The notes beneath the pieces are model-generated. The model was not told the origin of the DNA. It was given only the letters and a program-made list of their open reading frames with translations, and made no database searches. This document shows, in pieces, positions 18,573 to 29,680 of a stretch of 33,052 nucleotides of DNA. Source of the DNA: Aduncisulcus paluster (Eukaryota); contig BQXS01009981.1 of the NCBI GenBank assembly GCA_024181965.1, positions 1 to 33,052 on the forward strand, in the 5' to 3' direction. The position numbers and the translations under genes were made by a program. The first letter of the stretch is position 1; the number at the start of each line of letters is the position of its first letter.

Positions 18573-19679
18573 ATGAGTTTATCCACAGATGCTGTTATTC
18601 AAACTGTGGAACCCGAGTTTGTCCAGGAAGGAGATTGCCTTTGCTGTCCAGTTCCTGGAGATGCCCCCAATATCAAGAGTGCAGACCTTCCAACTATCAC
18701 TGCAATAGATGGAACCAAGAAAGAAGGTGATGAAGAGTACGATCAGAGTTATAATGCACAAGAGATGATAAAAGGAGAGTTGAATTGTGGGCATTTTACC
18801 GATATCTCCATTCCTTTCTCTTCATCTTCCCCAATGAAAGGTGTCTATATCTGTCTTTTTGTTTCTAATTATTCTTCACCTCCATCACACCTTATCTTCA
18901 CTCTTACATCTTCAAAGCGTGAGAAAACATCCAAGAAATTTGAATTTCCTGAATTTGAAGGTGATCATTGGTATTTCCTTCCTGTTGATCTCCCTGATGT
19001 TGTTCTGTGTGAGATTACAGGGAGAGGAAGAGAGGAAGAGTCTTTTGAAATCGAATCCCTTGTTTTCATTAGTAGAGAAGAATCGCCTGAAGAAATTATA
19101 TTTCATGAATCCAGAGAGAAACTATGGTCTGAAGCTCCAGTTGTAAAACCAGAGTTTGTTAAGAAAGGAGATAATGAATCTAAAGGTAGAGATTCTATTC
19201 CCATTCCACGAGATGATCCAAAGATTGTTGATCTTTCATTCTCAATGGTTAAGTGCAAGGATGATTCGTATAGTAAGGAATCTGAGTATTATGATCAGAG
19301 TTCAGATGCACAAAGAATGTTAAAAGGGGAATGTTATTTACAATTATCCCATCTTTCCATCCCTTTCCCATCACCTAGTCCTATGAAAGGTGCTTATATC
19401 TGTGTTCATAAGAATCGTAGTTCACCTTGTCTCTTCTTCACTTTCACAGATTGTGATGGCAAGAAGACATTCAAGAAGTATGAATTCACAAGACATAAAT
19501 ATTGGTATGAATGGCACTTCCTTCCTATTGATTTGCCGAATGTTGTATTGTGTGAGATTGAAGGGAAAGGGATGTGGAAAGAGAAGAACAGTCGAAGTTT
19601 CGGAGTCTACTCCCTTGTATTTACGATGCCTAAGGAAATTATTGAAGCTGAACGATTATCTCTACTTCCATGGAAATAA
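18573..19679 (+). CDS. Standalone two-domain (A-B) member of the unnamed family found on the upstream kinase (copy 1)
   Basis: 368-aa ATG..TAA ORF collinear with kinase units 1-2; ends ERLSLLPWK. Confidence 0.9.
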   Translation: MSLSTDAVIQTVEPEFVQEGDCLCCPVPGDAPNIKSADLPTITAIDGTKKEGDEEYDQSYNAQEMIKGELNCGHFTDISIPFSSSSPMKGVYICLFVSNYSSPPSHLIFTLTSSKREKTSKKFEFPEFEGDHWYFLPVDLPDVVLCEITGRGREEESFEIESLVFISREESPEEIIFHESREKLWSEAPVVKPEFVKKGDNESKGRDSIPIPRDDPKIVDLSFSMVKCKDDSYSKESEYYDQSSDAQRMLKGECYLQLSHLSIPFPSPSPMKGAYICVHKNRSSPCLFFTFTDCDGKKTFKKYEFTRHKYWYEWHFLPIDLPNVVLCEIEGKGMWKEKNSRSFGVYSLVFTMPKEIIEAERLSLLPWK

Positions 19680-19768
19680 TCCAAGGATAATGCTATTGTC
19701 TGTAAAGAAGTCAGTCTTCTCAGAAATAATCGTTTGACAGATGTCTGATATGAATCACATCATAATGA
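19680..19768 (+). other. Conserved 3' tail shared by the standalone family genes
   Basis: Its reverse complement matches 29592-29680 with about 3 mismatches, and 32159-32321 with insertions. Core GACATCTGTCAAACGATTATTTCTGAGAAGACTGAC is identical in all three. Confidence 0.85.
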
Positions 19769-19794
19769 AAGATTAACTGATTTCTCGAGAAGAT

Positions 19795-21753
19795 TTATTG
19801 CAATTCTTTCCTCGAATGATTGCTATGAGAATCATCACAATCAGATATCTGTCCGCTAACTTCGGTGTCATCCTCCTCTATCTGTGGTGATACCTTGACA
19901 TTATCCAGTCTGACAGCTCTTGCATGATCACTTTCGAACAAAATCACTCTCCATTGCTGATTCAAACATAAGATAATTGATAAAATAATTGCAAGTGAAA
20001 GAATAAACCCAAACGACAGCATTGCCACCCCATAATTCCATTTCTTAGCGATAGCACCACCAATCATTGGAATAGTAGCCAGACAGAGATTTGTCATGGC
20101 AACTTGAACCCCAAAACAGACATTGGACAGTGATCGGTTGGTCATTACCCTATCAATTGCGTTTGTACAAACAGCTGGAATGGTACTATAACTCACTCCA
20201 ATAAGAAGGAAACATAAATGGAATAAATTCGTGAGTTTAGATGGGTTGGAGTGTATATTTTTGCAAAAAGATGATTCCAAGGAGTTTGAGGAAAGAAAAT
20301 TCAGTCCAATAAACCCCACAAACCCTATAAACACTGATATTGCGCATAATATCGGCAGATTTCCAATTCTACTGACTCCAATCGACAGGATAGGTCCAGC
20401 AATCAATGATGACATTGAGCACCAAGATACAATATCGCTTGCTTGACTTTCCGAGAATGTTTCAGATGTATTGTATTGAGTGGAAGTAAGACCCAGCGAT
20501 TCCCATACTTCAAGAATATACTGCACTCCGCTACTATTGACACCTCCAATACAACACCCATACGAGATACCAATGCAAGCAGAGAGAAGGAGAAGAGGAA
20601 GGAGGAAGGATCGAAGATCTGATGACTGTGGTGCTGCATGGGAACCGAAATTAGAAATTCTTCGTTCGTTGGATTCATAGTTATCATTGTTATCGATATT
20701 GGATGGAATATCAATTGGACCTTCTTGAATATCTATCTCACCCTTCATGTCAACTTTAGAATCAGAAGATAGACACGGCTCATAACCTTCCATCTGTGTC
20801 CTTACAATATCACCCATTTCAATAGAAATTGAGGAGTGATGGATCTTGGGAATACCTAGAGATGATTGAGACAATAGAGTTGATTCTTGGATAGAAGAAA
20901 CATGTTTGTCCTTCGGAGATGTTATTGTTCTTGCTGCTGTTGAAGCTAATGATCGTGTTGTTTGTTCTACGATGAGAGAAGAACGAATCGGGGCTGACAA
21001 AACGTCTGTTGAAATCAACGATATTGTATCATCAGAGAAGGGTCTATAGTTATGTTGTTGTTTAAAAGAGGCACTCGAAGAAGAGGACAATGGAGTAGAG
21101 CGGACACAGGCACATTGGGGATCATTCGCTTCGAATGGACGGAAGAGGGAGATAAAAACACACACAACACATTCTAGTGAGCATACAATTACTACAGGAA
21201 GTTGTGAAACACATGCAGTTGAACACGAGGGCCGTATATCAGATGACATGCCAGAGGGACATTGAGGAGTCTGTTCTGCAAACCATGGGGCAATTCGAAA
21301 GGCGGAAAAGGAAGCCAACGATGCGATGGCCGTCGAAATGGTATAAATTATTCCCTGATATTCTTTGGGAGAGAATTTACAGATATAGCGAGTCTGACAA
21401 ACATAAATTGATTCGGAACAAAATCCAAAGAGGAGCTTACCAATAAAAAACTGCATATAAGATAAGGAGGAAACAAGAATAAAAGACACTGAAGAGCACC
21501 AAATTGTGCATAAAATTAATAATAATTGAGTTCCATATTTATCAGCAAAAAAGCCACCAAAAAGAGGACAAATTATATTTGGAACATAACTAATGGAATA
21601 TAACGAAGCCAATCGATTCTCATTGATGTTATATTCATCTTCAAGATATGGGCTGATCGCTCCGGTCGAATCATAAGTAAAAGTTATGCCAATTGGTAAT
21701 AAAAGAACAAGAACAATCAGAGTCCATTGTTTTATCGATGAAATTGATTCCAT
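19795..21753 (-). CDS. Major facilitator superfamily transporter (MFSD1-like) with a long central cytoplasmic loop
   Basis: 652 aa; two bundles of hydrophobic segments separated by a ~180-aa polar loop. MFS motif A GGFFADKYG, with LYSISYVPNIICPLFGG and GKLLFGFCSES resembling MFSD1. Confidence 0.85.
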   Translation of the reverse strand: MESISSIKQWTLIVLVLLLPIGITFTYDSTGAISPYLEDEYNINENRLASLYSISYVPNIICPLFGGFFADKYGTQLLLILCTIWCSSVSFILVSSLSYMQFFIGKLLFGFCSESIYVCQTRYICKFSPKEYQGIIYTISTAIASLASFSAFRIAPWFAEQTPQCPSGMSSDIRPSCSTACVSQLPVVIVCSLECVVCVFISLFRPFEANDPQCACVRSTPLSSSSSASFKQQHNYRPFSDDTISLISTDVLSAPIRSSLIVEQTTRSLASTAARTITSPKDKHVSSIQESTLLSQSSLGIPKIHHSSISIEMGDIVRTQMEGYEPCLSSDSKVDMKGEIDIQEGPIDIPSNIDNNDNYESNERRISNFGSHAAPQSSDLRSFLLPLLLLSACIGISYGCCIGGVNSSGVQYILEVWESLGLTSTQYNTSETFSESQASDIVSWCSMSSLIAGPILSIGVSRIGNLPILCAISVFIGFVGFIGLNFLSSNSLESSFCKNIHSNPSKLTNLFHLCFLLIGVSYSTIPAVCTNAIDRVMTNRSLSNVCFGVQVAMTNLCLATIPMIGGAIAKKWNYGVAMLSFGFILSLAIILSIILCLNQQWRVILFESDHARAVRLDNVKVSPQIEEDDTEVSGQISDCDDSHSNHSRKELQ

Positions 21754-22173
21754 AAGACTATTTATGTTGAGAAAATCAAAAATATAACCTTGAAATATAA
21801 TGAATGAGAAAATAGAAAGAATACGTCCAATTTAAAGAAAAAAAACAAAATTAACCGTTAAAAAAAGAAAAAATAATGTGTGAAATTATTCAATATTATA
21901 ATAATTGATTCTAGCAAAATCTAGATGACACAAAAAAGCGAGAGTTTATTTTGAGCAAGGAAAAATAAAGAAAATAATATTTTTGACCACAGAAACAACA
22001 TAATGACAAACAAAGATGGAACAATTAACAGAAATAACATATTAATACTCATCGAAAACCAAATAACAGATTTCGATCCACAAAACAGCCAATGGCGTTA
22101 AAATGATCAAAAATATCATAGTATTAATAGTAAATCACAGTGTAATACAATTTGTAATGAACAAAAATTTGAA

Positions 22174-24702
22174 TTACTCACTCAAAATAGTAGTACCGGG
22201 CAAAGAATGTTTTAATTTCCCATGAAGGGTAGAAGAAAATAAATTAAGATTTAAATATATTTTTTTAATGCCATGTATCTTGTGTTTCCTGCATAATTCA
22301 ATGAAATTAGAGTACCCCTCTTCAGATATAAAATTCTGCTCAAGTCTAAGTTGCTTGAGGGATGAAAGCTTTGGTAAGATATCTGATGCTAACTCAGTGC
22401 ACCCTTCATCACCAAGATCATTGTATGATATTGATAATGTTTCGAGTGAGTCGGAGTTACTCAATAAAACAACTTTAAGTTCTTGGATTCCTTTTACCGT
22501 CAATTGGTTATAATTTAGATTCAAGACTCTTATTTTCTTTGACAATCCACAGGAAGAATGGAACGGATCTGCAAGGAATTTGCAAGATATATCATCAATT
22601 CGGTTTCTCGAAAGNNNNNNNNNNNNNNNNNNNNTAAGTTGCTTGAGGGATGAAAGCTTTGGTAAGATATCTGATGCTAACTCAGTGCACCCTTCATCAC
22701 CAAGATCATTGTATGATATTGATAATGTTTCGAGTGAGTCGGAGTTACTCAATAAAACAACTTTAAGTTCTTGGATTCCTTTTACCGTCAATTGGTTATA
22801 ATTTAGATTCAAGACTCTTATTTTCTTTGACAATCCACAGGAAGAATGGAACGGATCTGCAAGGAATTTGCAAGATATATCATCAATTCGGTTTCTCGAA
22901 AGATTGAGAATTTCTAAATTTGGATACACGGCAAAAAGAGAACACTTTGCCGATTCGATTCTAATTTTGTTTTTGGACAAGTCAAGATATTTCAACGCAG
23001 TGAATAACTTTGTTTCTTGATCGGAATAAGATGTGGGATTGAGAATAGCATCGGATGAAATCAGATTGTCGGATAAATCCAAATGGTGAAGACGATACAT
23101 GGATGGAAGGCAACATCTTACAAATGGAATAATTCCAACATCATCGATTTCATTCATGGATAGATTCAAATGCTCCATCCTTAGTAATGGAGCCATGAAA
23201 GAAGTGAGATAATGCATTCCTTTGCTCGAGATAGAGTTGTCTGCAATCGAGAAGGATGTCAAAGCACGAAGAGGATGGTGAGAAAGTAACAAAGAAGCGG
23301 TTTCAGTACGTGAAATACTCACGCTGCTGCCAGAAGCTGTCGATCTCGCAGATAAAGATGAGGGTGAAGCTCCACTTTTTCGGGATATATCTTTTATAGA
23401 TATTGGAATACCATCGGTACCTTGTTCAACATACATCATTGCATATGGAAATAAATTAAGACAACCTTCATCTTGAATGTAATTCTCATTAAGTTCTAGT
23501 GTTTGGAGGTTCGTACACCCCTCGAGTAGACAACTCAGATATGAACATGTCCTGGGGTCAAGCATGGTTCTATTTAGCAAGATAGAGTGGGCATTCATGC
23601 CCTGGAAACCTTCTTTTATGTTGATTTTCGGAGATATTTCTTCTTGCTCGAATATTGGAGTTCCAGACAGATTAATGGTTNNNNNNNNNNNNNNNNNNNN
23701 TGTCGATCTCGCAGATAAAGATGAGGGTGAAGCTCCACTTTTTCGGGATATATCTTTTATAGATATTGGAATACCATCGGTACCTTGTTCAACATACATC
23801 ATTGCATATGGAAATAAATTAAGACAACCTTCATCTTGAATGTAATTCTCATTAAGTTCTAGTGTTTGGAGGTTCGTACACCCCTCGAGTAGACAACTCA
23901 GATATGAACATGTCCTGGGGTCAAGCATGGTTCTATTTAGCAAGATAGAGTGGGCATTCATGCCCTGGAAACCTTCTTTTATGTTGATTTTCGGAGATAT
24001 TTCTTCTTGCTCGAATATTGGAGTTCCAGACAGATTAATGGTTTGAACGTGTTTTAACTTGCATAATACACTAAATAATTGAAAGAATCCTCCTTTTTCC
24101 TCGCCCGAAGAAGCGGAACTCAACTGAACATTATTACTTAGATCGATATGTTCAAGGCTATAGAAATGATCAAGACAAATAGATGAAAAGACCTCCCATC
24201 CTTTGAAAGTAATACTGCAATAGCTTAACGAGAACTTTTTAATGTTTTTGACATGGGATAAATGATAACAAATAAGTGTAAAGCCTTCAGAACCCATCTC
24301 AGGATTCATGCTCAGATCTAACTCTTCGATTGAATAAAGATCACCAAACGATGGGGCAATTATTCGACATATGGACGGTAAAAGGTTCATATTTTTCATT
24401 TCTAATCGTTTGATTCCATGATTATTATGTAATAATTTTGCAACGACATGAGCAGCACGTTCATCTAATTCATTTCCAGAAATACAAAGAGTTTCGAGGT
24501 TTTCAAATTGATTGAGGTGAAACTCAAACTTTGCCCAGAGGTATGGAGTTACAAACAAATTTTCAAGAGAAAGAACAGTCTGCGTCTCATCTTCAATAAT
24601 ATGAATTATCCTATCGAAATCAATGTCAATATCCTCTAAATCAACATCGATTTCTTTTGACAGGTCAGTAGATCGCCCCATACTACTTTGGAAATAAGAC
24701 AT
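22174..24702 (-). CDS. RNI-like leucine-rich-repeat protein; about 625 aa once two assembly duplications are collapsed, and may have extra 5' exons
   Basis: Repeated LxxLxLSxNxIxDxG motifs (LQTLELNENYIQDEGC, LETLSISYNDLGDEGC). The track start at 24708 is TTG; the first ATG is at 24702. Contains two N gaps. Confidence 0.88.
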   Translation of the reverse strand: MSYFQSSMGRSTDLSKEIDVDLEDIDIDFDRIIHIIEDETQTVLSLENLFVTPYLWAKFEFHLNQFENLETLCISGNELDERAAHVVAKLLHNNHGIKRLEMKNMNLLPSICRIIAPSFGDLYSIEELDLSMNPEMGSEGFTLICYHLSHVKNIKKFSLSYCSITFKGWEVFSSICLDHFYSLEHIDLSNNVQLSSASSGEEKGGFFQLFSVLCKLKHVQTINLSGTPIFEQEEISPKINIKEGFQGMNAHSILLNRTMLDPRTCSYLSCLLEGCTNLQTLELNENYIQDEGCLNLFPYAMMYVEQGTDGIPISIKDISRKSGASPSSLSARSTXXXXXXXTINLSGTPIFEQEEISPKINIKEGFQGMNAHSILLNRTMLDPRTCSYLSCLLEGCTNLQTLELNENYIQDEGCLNLFPYAMMYVEQGTDGIPISIKDISRKSGASPSSLSARSTASGSSVSISRTETASLLLSHHPLRALTSFSIADNSISSKGMHYLTSFMAPLLRMEHLNLSMNEIDDVGIIPFVRCCLPSMYRLHHLDLSDNLISSDAILNPTSYSDQETKLFTALKYLDLSKNKIRIESAKCSLFAVYPNLEILNLSRNRIDDISCKFLADPFHSSCGLSKKIRVLNLNYNQLTVKGIQELKVVLLSNSDSLETLSISYNDLGDEGCTELASDILPKLSSLKQLXXXXXXXLSRNRIDDISCKFLADPFHSSCGLSKKIRVLNLNYNQLTVKGIQELKVVLLSNSDSLETLSISYNDLGDEGCTELASDILPKLSSLKQLRLEQNFISEEGYSNFIELCRKHKIHGIKKIYLNLNLFSSTLHGKLKHSLPGTTILSE
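22347..22902. repeat. 268-bp identical duplication flanking a 20-N gap (scaffolding artefact)
   Basis: 22347-22614 equals 22635-22902; Ns at 22615-22634. Confidence 0.9.
23338..24043. repeat. 343-bp identical duplication flanking a 20-N gap (scaffolding artefact)
   Basis: 23338-23680 equals 23701-24043; Ns at 23681-23700. Confidence 0.9.
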
Positions 24703-24711
24703 TCTCAAATA

Positions 24712-24775
24712 CTGGATGAAAATATTGTAAGAATACCGAAATAGCGAAACATATACGATTATTCAACAAACGTAC
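24712..24775 (-). other. Putative 64-nt spliceosomal intron just upstream of the LRR ORF
   Basis: Minus strand CAG|GTACGT...TTTTCATCCAG|TATTTGAGAATG; T-rich interior; phase 0 with the LRR frame. Confidence 0.55.
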
Positions 24776-26886
24776 CTGATGAATATAAAATGGACCTTCG
24801 CTCTGGACAAATAAACGGAATTCGAAAAAGAGATAAGAAAATTTATTATTAAACCGCGGAGAATAGGAATATGTCCTATTTCTGAAAATTCAAACAAGAA
24901 AAAATAGAGATTGAAACAAAGAATTATAGAAACAGAATAAATAACGAAAACATTAGTTCAGAAAAGAAAACACATAGAATACCGATATATATATCTGTAA
25001 ATTGGCGAAAAAATATAATTATAGCACAATTAACAAATACCAATCCGAGATCATGTGGAAAGGCCGATAGGAAGGAGGAAATCATCCGTACGAACGAATC
25101 CAAAAAGAAATGAGATAAAATAAATATCCACAGTTGAAATTGAAAGGAAAATGAATCAATATAAACATTGAATGGCACTGTTTTGTTTTTAAAAAGAATG
25201 TAAAAAGAATGACCGAATCATCAAAGAAGAATATAAATAAAATCATATAAATAAAAATATAGCACGAAAATTCAAACTCAAATATTTAAGTTATCAACGT
25301 TGCAATAAAATAAGTCCTGATCCTTTAGCCACATCCGGTATGATGGGTCTGACAAATGAGAAGGAATATCCAGAAAGATATTATAACTGTAAAGACGCTT
25401 AGAATATGACTCCATATTAATAAATAACTCGTAAACGTAAAAAAACAAACCGAATGGGAAAGGTTCGAGCTTACAAAAGTCGAACTAAATTTTCTTTTTT
25501 TTTTCAACAGATTCTTCACAAGATCGGAATTGTTCTGTGACAAATAGAATATTATTTGAATCGTATATACAACGAATTCTTGATTTTTGAATTTTTTTTT
25601 ATAATATTATCTTAAGATAGGGATATCTGACTGGTAGTTCAAAATTGGCTGAACTATATTAATTTATTAGAATTCATTGACAAAATTATTCAGCATTTCA
25701 TATGTTTTATTCAATTTTTGAGTCTATGATTCATTTTTATAATACAATAAAAATGAAAAGATCATATTTTGAAAAGTTTTCAAAATCGTTGAGCCATTCG
25801 TTTGTATAAATGGTAAACAAAGATTTCTCACGAATTTATATTGTACGATAATACAATTGCAATGCAAAGAAGATGAAATTAGTGCTCGAAAATTGAATAG
25901 GCAAAATGAACCCACCTTCTCCCAATTTACAAACATCTTGGATAGATTTATTCATAAAATAAGATTATCAGAGATTTTAAGTGAAAAAGGGACATGAAAT
26001 CGAAAATAAAATCTCCATAATAAGAGAAACAGGGAATAAAAAAAAAATAAAAATAAGGCCAATTTGAATTATTTCTTTACAAAATGTATCAGAAATATGT
26101 ATTTTGGTTAAACTACAGAAGGGTGGTACACCTTATTTTTGAATATTATTGAATATTTCATCTGGGTGATTCTGGCTCAGCTCAAGGCCTGTGGGATGCC
26201 GAGTGAAAATATTAAGAGAAGTGCATGAAGGGGAAACTTACAAGGGAAGTTGGCAAGCCACAGTAACACAATATATATAAGTAACAAAGGAAAATGAAGA
26301 AATAAATTATAAAATGGATAGCAAATCAATAACAAAAAAAAAAAAAAGATAGTCAAACTCGAGTTGGTGCACAAACAAAAACAAACATCAAAATTACTTA
26401 GAAAAAATAGGATCTTTAGGGGGGGGAATAAGGGGGAATATCGGTGGTTTCAATTGGTCAGAAGCGAACACAATATATATACACTGTCTTTTTGGAATAA
26501 TAATAATAATCAACATCTCGTCGAGTAGGTAGTAAATAAGTCCTAAAAATAGATATCTAAAAATAGACACACGGTAAGAGGGGAATAAGGGGGGCAATAT
26601 AAAAAATATAATATGTAGGTGGTTCACGAGAGAATATAAAAGGGTTCTTTTCTCTTCATAAAAACATTTGGAATTTATATTCAAGGTCGATATAAATAGA
26701 ATCGTTAAATATACATAAAAAACATAAAATAGACATAAATAAAAAAAGCCGGATGTTCTAATTCATCAACAAAATAGGCTAATTAGAACACTAAATTAAG
26801 CTGGGTTTTTTTTTTTTTTTTTCGAAAGAAATGGAATAAAAAACAAATGAAGGTTGGGTTGGGGGAAAAAACTCGATCAAGTTCTT

Positions 26887-26936
26887 CTCTCTCTTGCTCT
26901 CTCTTGCTCTCTCTTGCTCTCTCTAGCTCTCTCTTG
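26887..26936. repeat. 10-bp tandem repeat (CTCTCTCTTG) x5
   Basis: Five units, one of them the variant CTCTCTCTAG, downstream of the BPI-like gene. Confidence 0.9.
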
Positions 26937-27031
26937 TATAAGAAAAACTTTGCTTTCCTTCTCTTGACTCTTGACTCTTCATCTTCATCTTCCTCTTTCT
27001 TTTCAATTACAAGGAAGGAGCATCAGCCTCT

Positions 27032-29202
27032 CTACGTCATATCTTGCAAACAATATACTGTTCCATCTTCATTTCTACTCTTGTCGTCAAAAGCCTTGAC
27101 ATCACATGCACACTCAGAGAAATTGACACTGACAACAGTGCATCCATCATCAGGCATGTAATAGATAGATTCATCAGCGAATGTACACACAAAATAGAAA
27201 CCAAGGGGCATTCTTGTGAGGTAATTAAAGCCCCGTTCCTGTTGCATGAATGTTGTAGTGAACATTTCATCCAAAAAGGCCACACTTAGGGTATACGCAA
27301 GCATTTCCCACTCAGTAAGGGTTACACCAGCACATAAAACCTCAGGATCTCGAACAAGAACAGAATCAGTGTTAAAATTATCAGTGTTAGTATCAGAATC
27401 TACAAGCTGTTGTTGGTTGGGTTCGATGCATGATGATATCTTCTTTGCAGTAACAGATTCAACAGTTTGGAGGAAATTGATGTATGCATGGTCACTCCAC
27501 ATGATTCCAAGGGTAGCTAGGTCAATTGTGAGTCCAACCGATGCCACAGAATCGCCAGAATCGACTTGGTATAAGCTTAATACAATTTCCATATCATCAT
27601 AAGCGAGATCCATACCATCAAGTCTGGTAGAAATATCAGGAACGACCGGAACACCATCAATAGTCTGGAAAGTGAAGCCAATGTCAATGTAACAGTTTGA
27701 ACAGAGGGAATAAAGGTCAGGAATAATGGTCATCCAGAAATGAGAAGTAAAAATAGGTGATAAATCGGAAGGAGGGTTGTCAATATCAATGCCTAAGTTG
27801 TTCCGAATAAGATACTGGGAACTGTAACCTCCAGAATAATTGCCATCAGAGTCAAAGCATCCATCACGAGTGCTAATGCACGCGACATTAGTAAATGTTC
27901 CTTTTAAATCAGACCAAGACGCATTTGAATTGTGAAGACTATTGTAGAAAATGCTATGGACGGAAGAATCAGAAATAGTGAAAGACAACTCAGAACTGAA
28001 CATGTCATATGGTAATGAAGAAGGTGGATTGTAAGTAGGATCAACAGAGTCCTCACGAATCTTATCATTGGCAGTTTTACCGAAACAACCGACAGCAAAA
28101 GTCGGGAGAGTGAAATACGAGGGTCCCACATAAGCAGCTTGGGCAAATCCAAGATTAAAGACGTTGTACGTGTCAAAGTGATATGAAGAATTCAACCCCA
28201 AAACGTCATGAATGCCCTGAGAGGAGATATACTCGGCGATGGCATTACTCAAGGTAGAAGAAAGAAAAGGAATAAGAGACGATTGGAGGACATCTTTAAT
28301 CATTTCCAGAATTGGATTAACATCTCCAATGAAGTCAATATGGATGTCATCAAGCTCAAGTTTCAACGTATCTATATTAATGTCGGGTAGATAACCACAG
28401 GCTTCTTTACCGCATGAGACGTCTGAATAATCTGGAGATATACCAATAGAAGCTGAAGCAAATGCACCAAGCTCTCCAACTGTCAATCTGGCAGCTCCCA
28501 CAAGAGAAGAATACGGATAGGTCAGAAGCTTGATATTATAATCAACACTGGCAACAATATTGGCCCCTGAGGCATTCATATTGATTTGATTTGGAGGAAG
28601 ATTTGAAACTAAAACGTCTTCATCAGGAANNNNNNNNNNNNNNNNNNNNCATCAAGCTCAAGTTTCAACGTATCTATATTAATGTCGGGTAGATAACCAC
28701 AGGCTTCTTTACCGCATGAGACGTCTGAATAATCTGGAGATATACCAATAGAAGCTGAAGCAAATGCACCAAGCTCTCCAACTGTCAATCTGGCAGCTCC
28801 CACAAGAGAAGAATACGGATAGGTCAGAAGCTTGATATTATAATCAACACTGGCAACAATATTGGCCCCTGAGGCATTCATATTGATTTGATTTGGAGGA
28901 AGATTTGAAACTAAAACGTCTTCATCAGGAAAAAAAGCAAAGGATTCAACCGTAAAATCTGTAAGAGAGATGCTTGCTTTACCGACACCGAAATCCACAT
29001 TTGTAGAGAAATCAGGAATTTGTAGCGAATTCATTAAAGCATCAAAATATGGTTGAAGATCTTTAAAAATAATATCATACATTGCGTCAATTGAAAAAGT
29101 TACCATAAGGCCAGTTTGACCGCCATAATTCCCATCATCGCCTGCAAAGAAAGAACAAAAAACAAAAGAAACAAAAGAAATTAAAAAAATCGATAATATC
29201 AT
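27032..29202 (-). CDS. Secreted BPI/LBP/CETP-like (TULIP) lipid-binding protein; a single ~622-aa gene split by an assembly artefact
   Basis: Signal-peptide-like MILSIFLISFVSFVFC followed by a BPI N-terminal pattern (GLMVTFSIDAMYD...SLQIPDFS...GKASISLTDFTVESF...IHIDFIGDVNPILEMIKDVLQ). Removing the 302-nt duplication plus gap joins ORFs 28609-29202 and 27032-28579 in frame (1869 nt). Confidence 0.78.
28348..28931. repeat. 282-bp identical duplication flanking a 20-N gap (artefact causing an apparent frameshift)
   Basis: 28348-28629 equals 28650-28931; Ns at 28630-28649. The 302-nt offset is not a multiple of 3. Confidence 0.9.
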
Positions 29203-29680
29203 TTCTGGTTTCCCAGAAAGGCAGTAGTTCGTTATTCCGAAACGATGAGGATCAAATAAAATATATCTAAGAGTTATAAAGTACTACTAATAACAATATA
29301 AATCCATTTTCAAATTTTATTTATCGATATTACAATTTTCTGCCCCGGAATCGAATGGCTATGATTTGCCGGTGGCATTGATATCTTTAGTAGATAATAA
29401 ACAGCATTAAATATACAAATAATCCATAACAATCACAAATATAGCAGATACAATCATCTTTATGATGCAAGAAAAAAAAAATCGTTCTCGAAACCGGCTG
29501 TAAATCATGTGATTCACAACAGTAAAAGCAACTCTATCACATGTCTGTATCTTATTCAACAACTCTAAAATCTCTAATCAACATGGGCATCTCATTATGA
29601 CGTGATTCATCTCAGACATCTGTCAAACGATTATTTCTGAGAAGACTGACTTCTTTACAGACAATAGCATTATCCTTGGG

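Noticed and set aside
19390-19737. Alternative-frame 115-aa ORF conserved in copies 1 and 2 (also 29623-29970)
   Set aside because: Non-ATG start, follows from nucleotide similarity of the paralogues, and is truncated in copy 3.
22347-24043. Apparent recent internal LRR duplications
   Set aside because: Both are identical copies directly flanking exact 20-N gaps, typical of unmerged contig overlaps. Staying in frame is coincidental.
26847-27031. Charged in-frame peptide after the BPI-like stop (possible readthrough), and an ERLMLLPCN peptide in another frame resembling ERLSLLPWK
   Set aside because: Readthrough needs two different stops to be passed, and the segment is explained by a purine-rich simple repeat. 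The peptide resemblance has little nucleotide-level support.
28348-28931. Two tandem BPI-like genes or a frameshifted pseudogene
   Set aside because: Same 20-N overlap artefact; collapsing it restores one continuous ORF.
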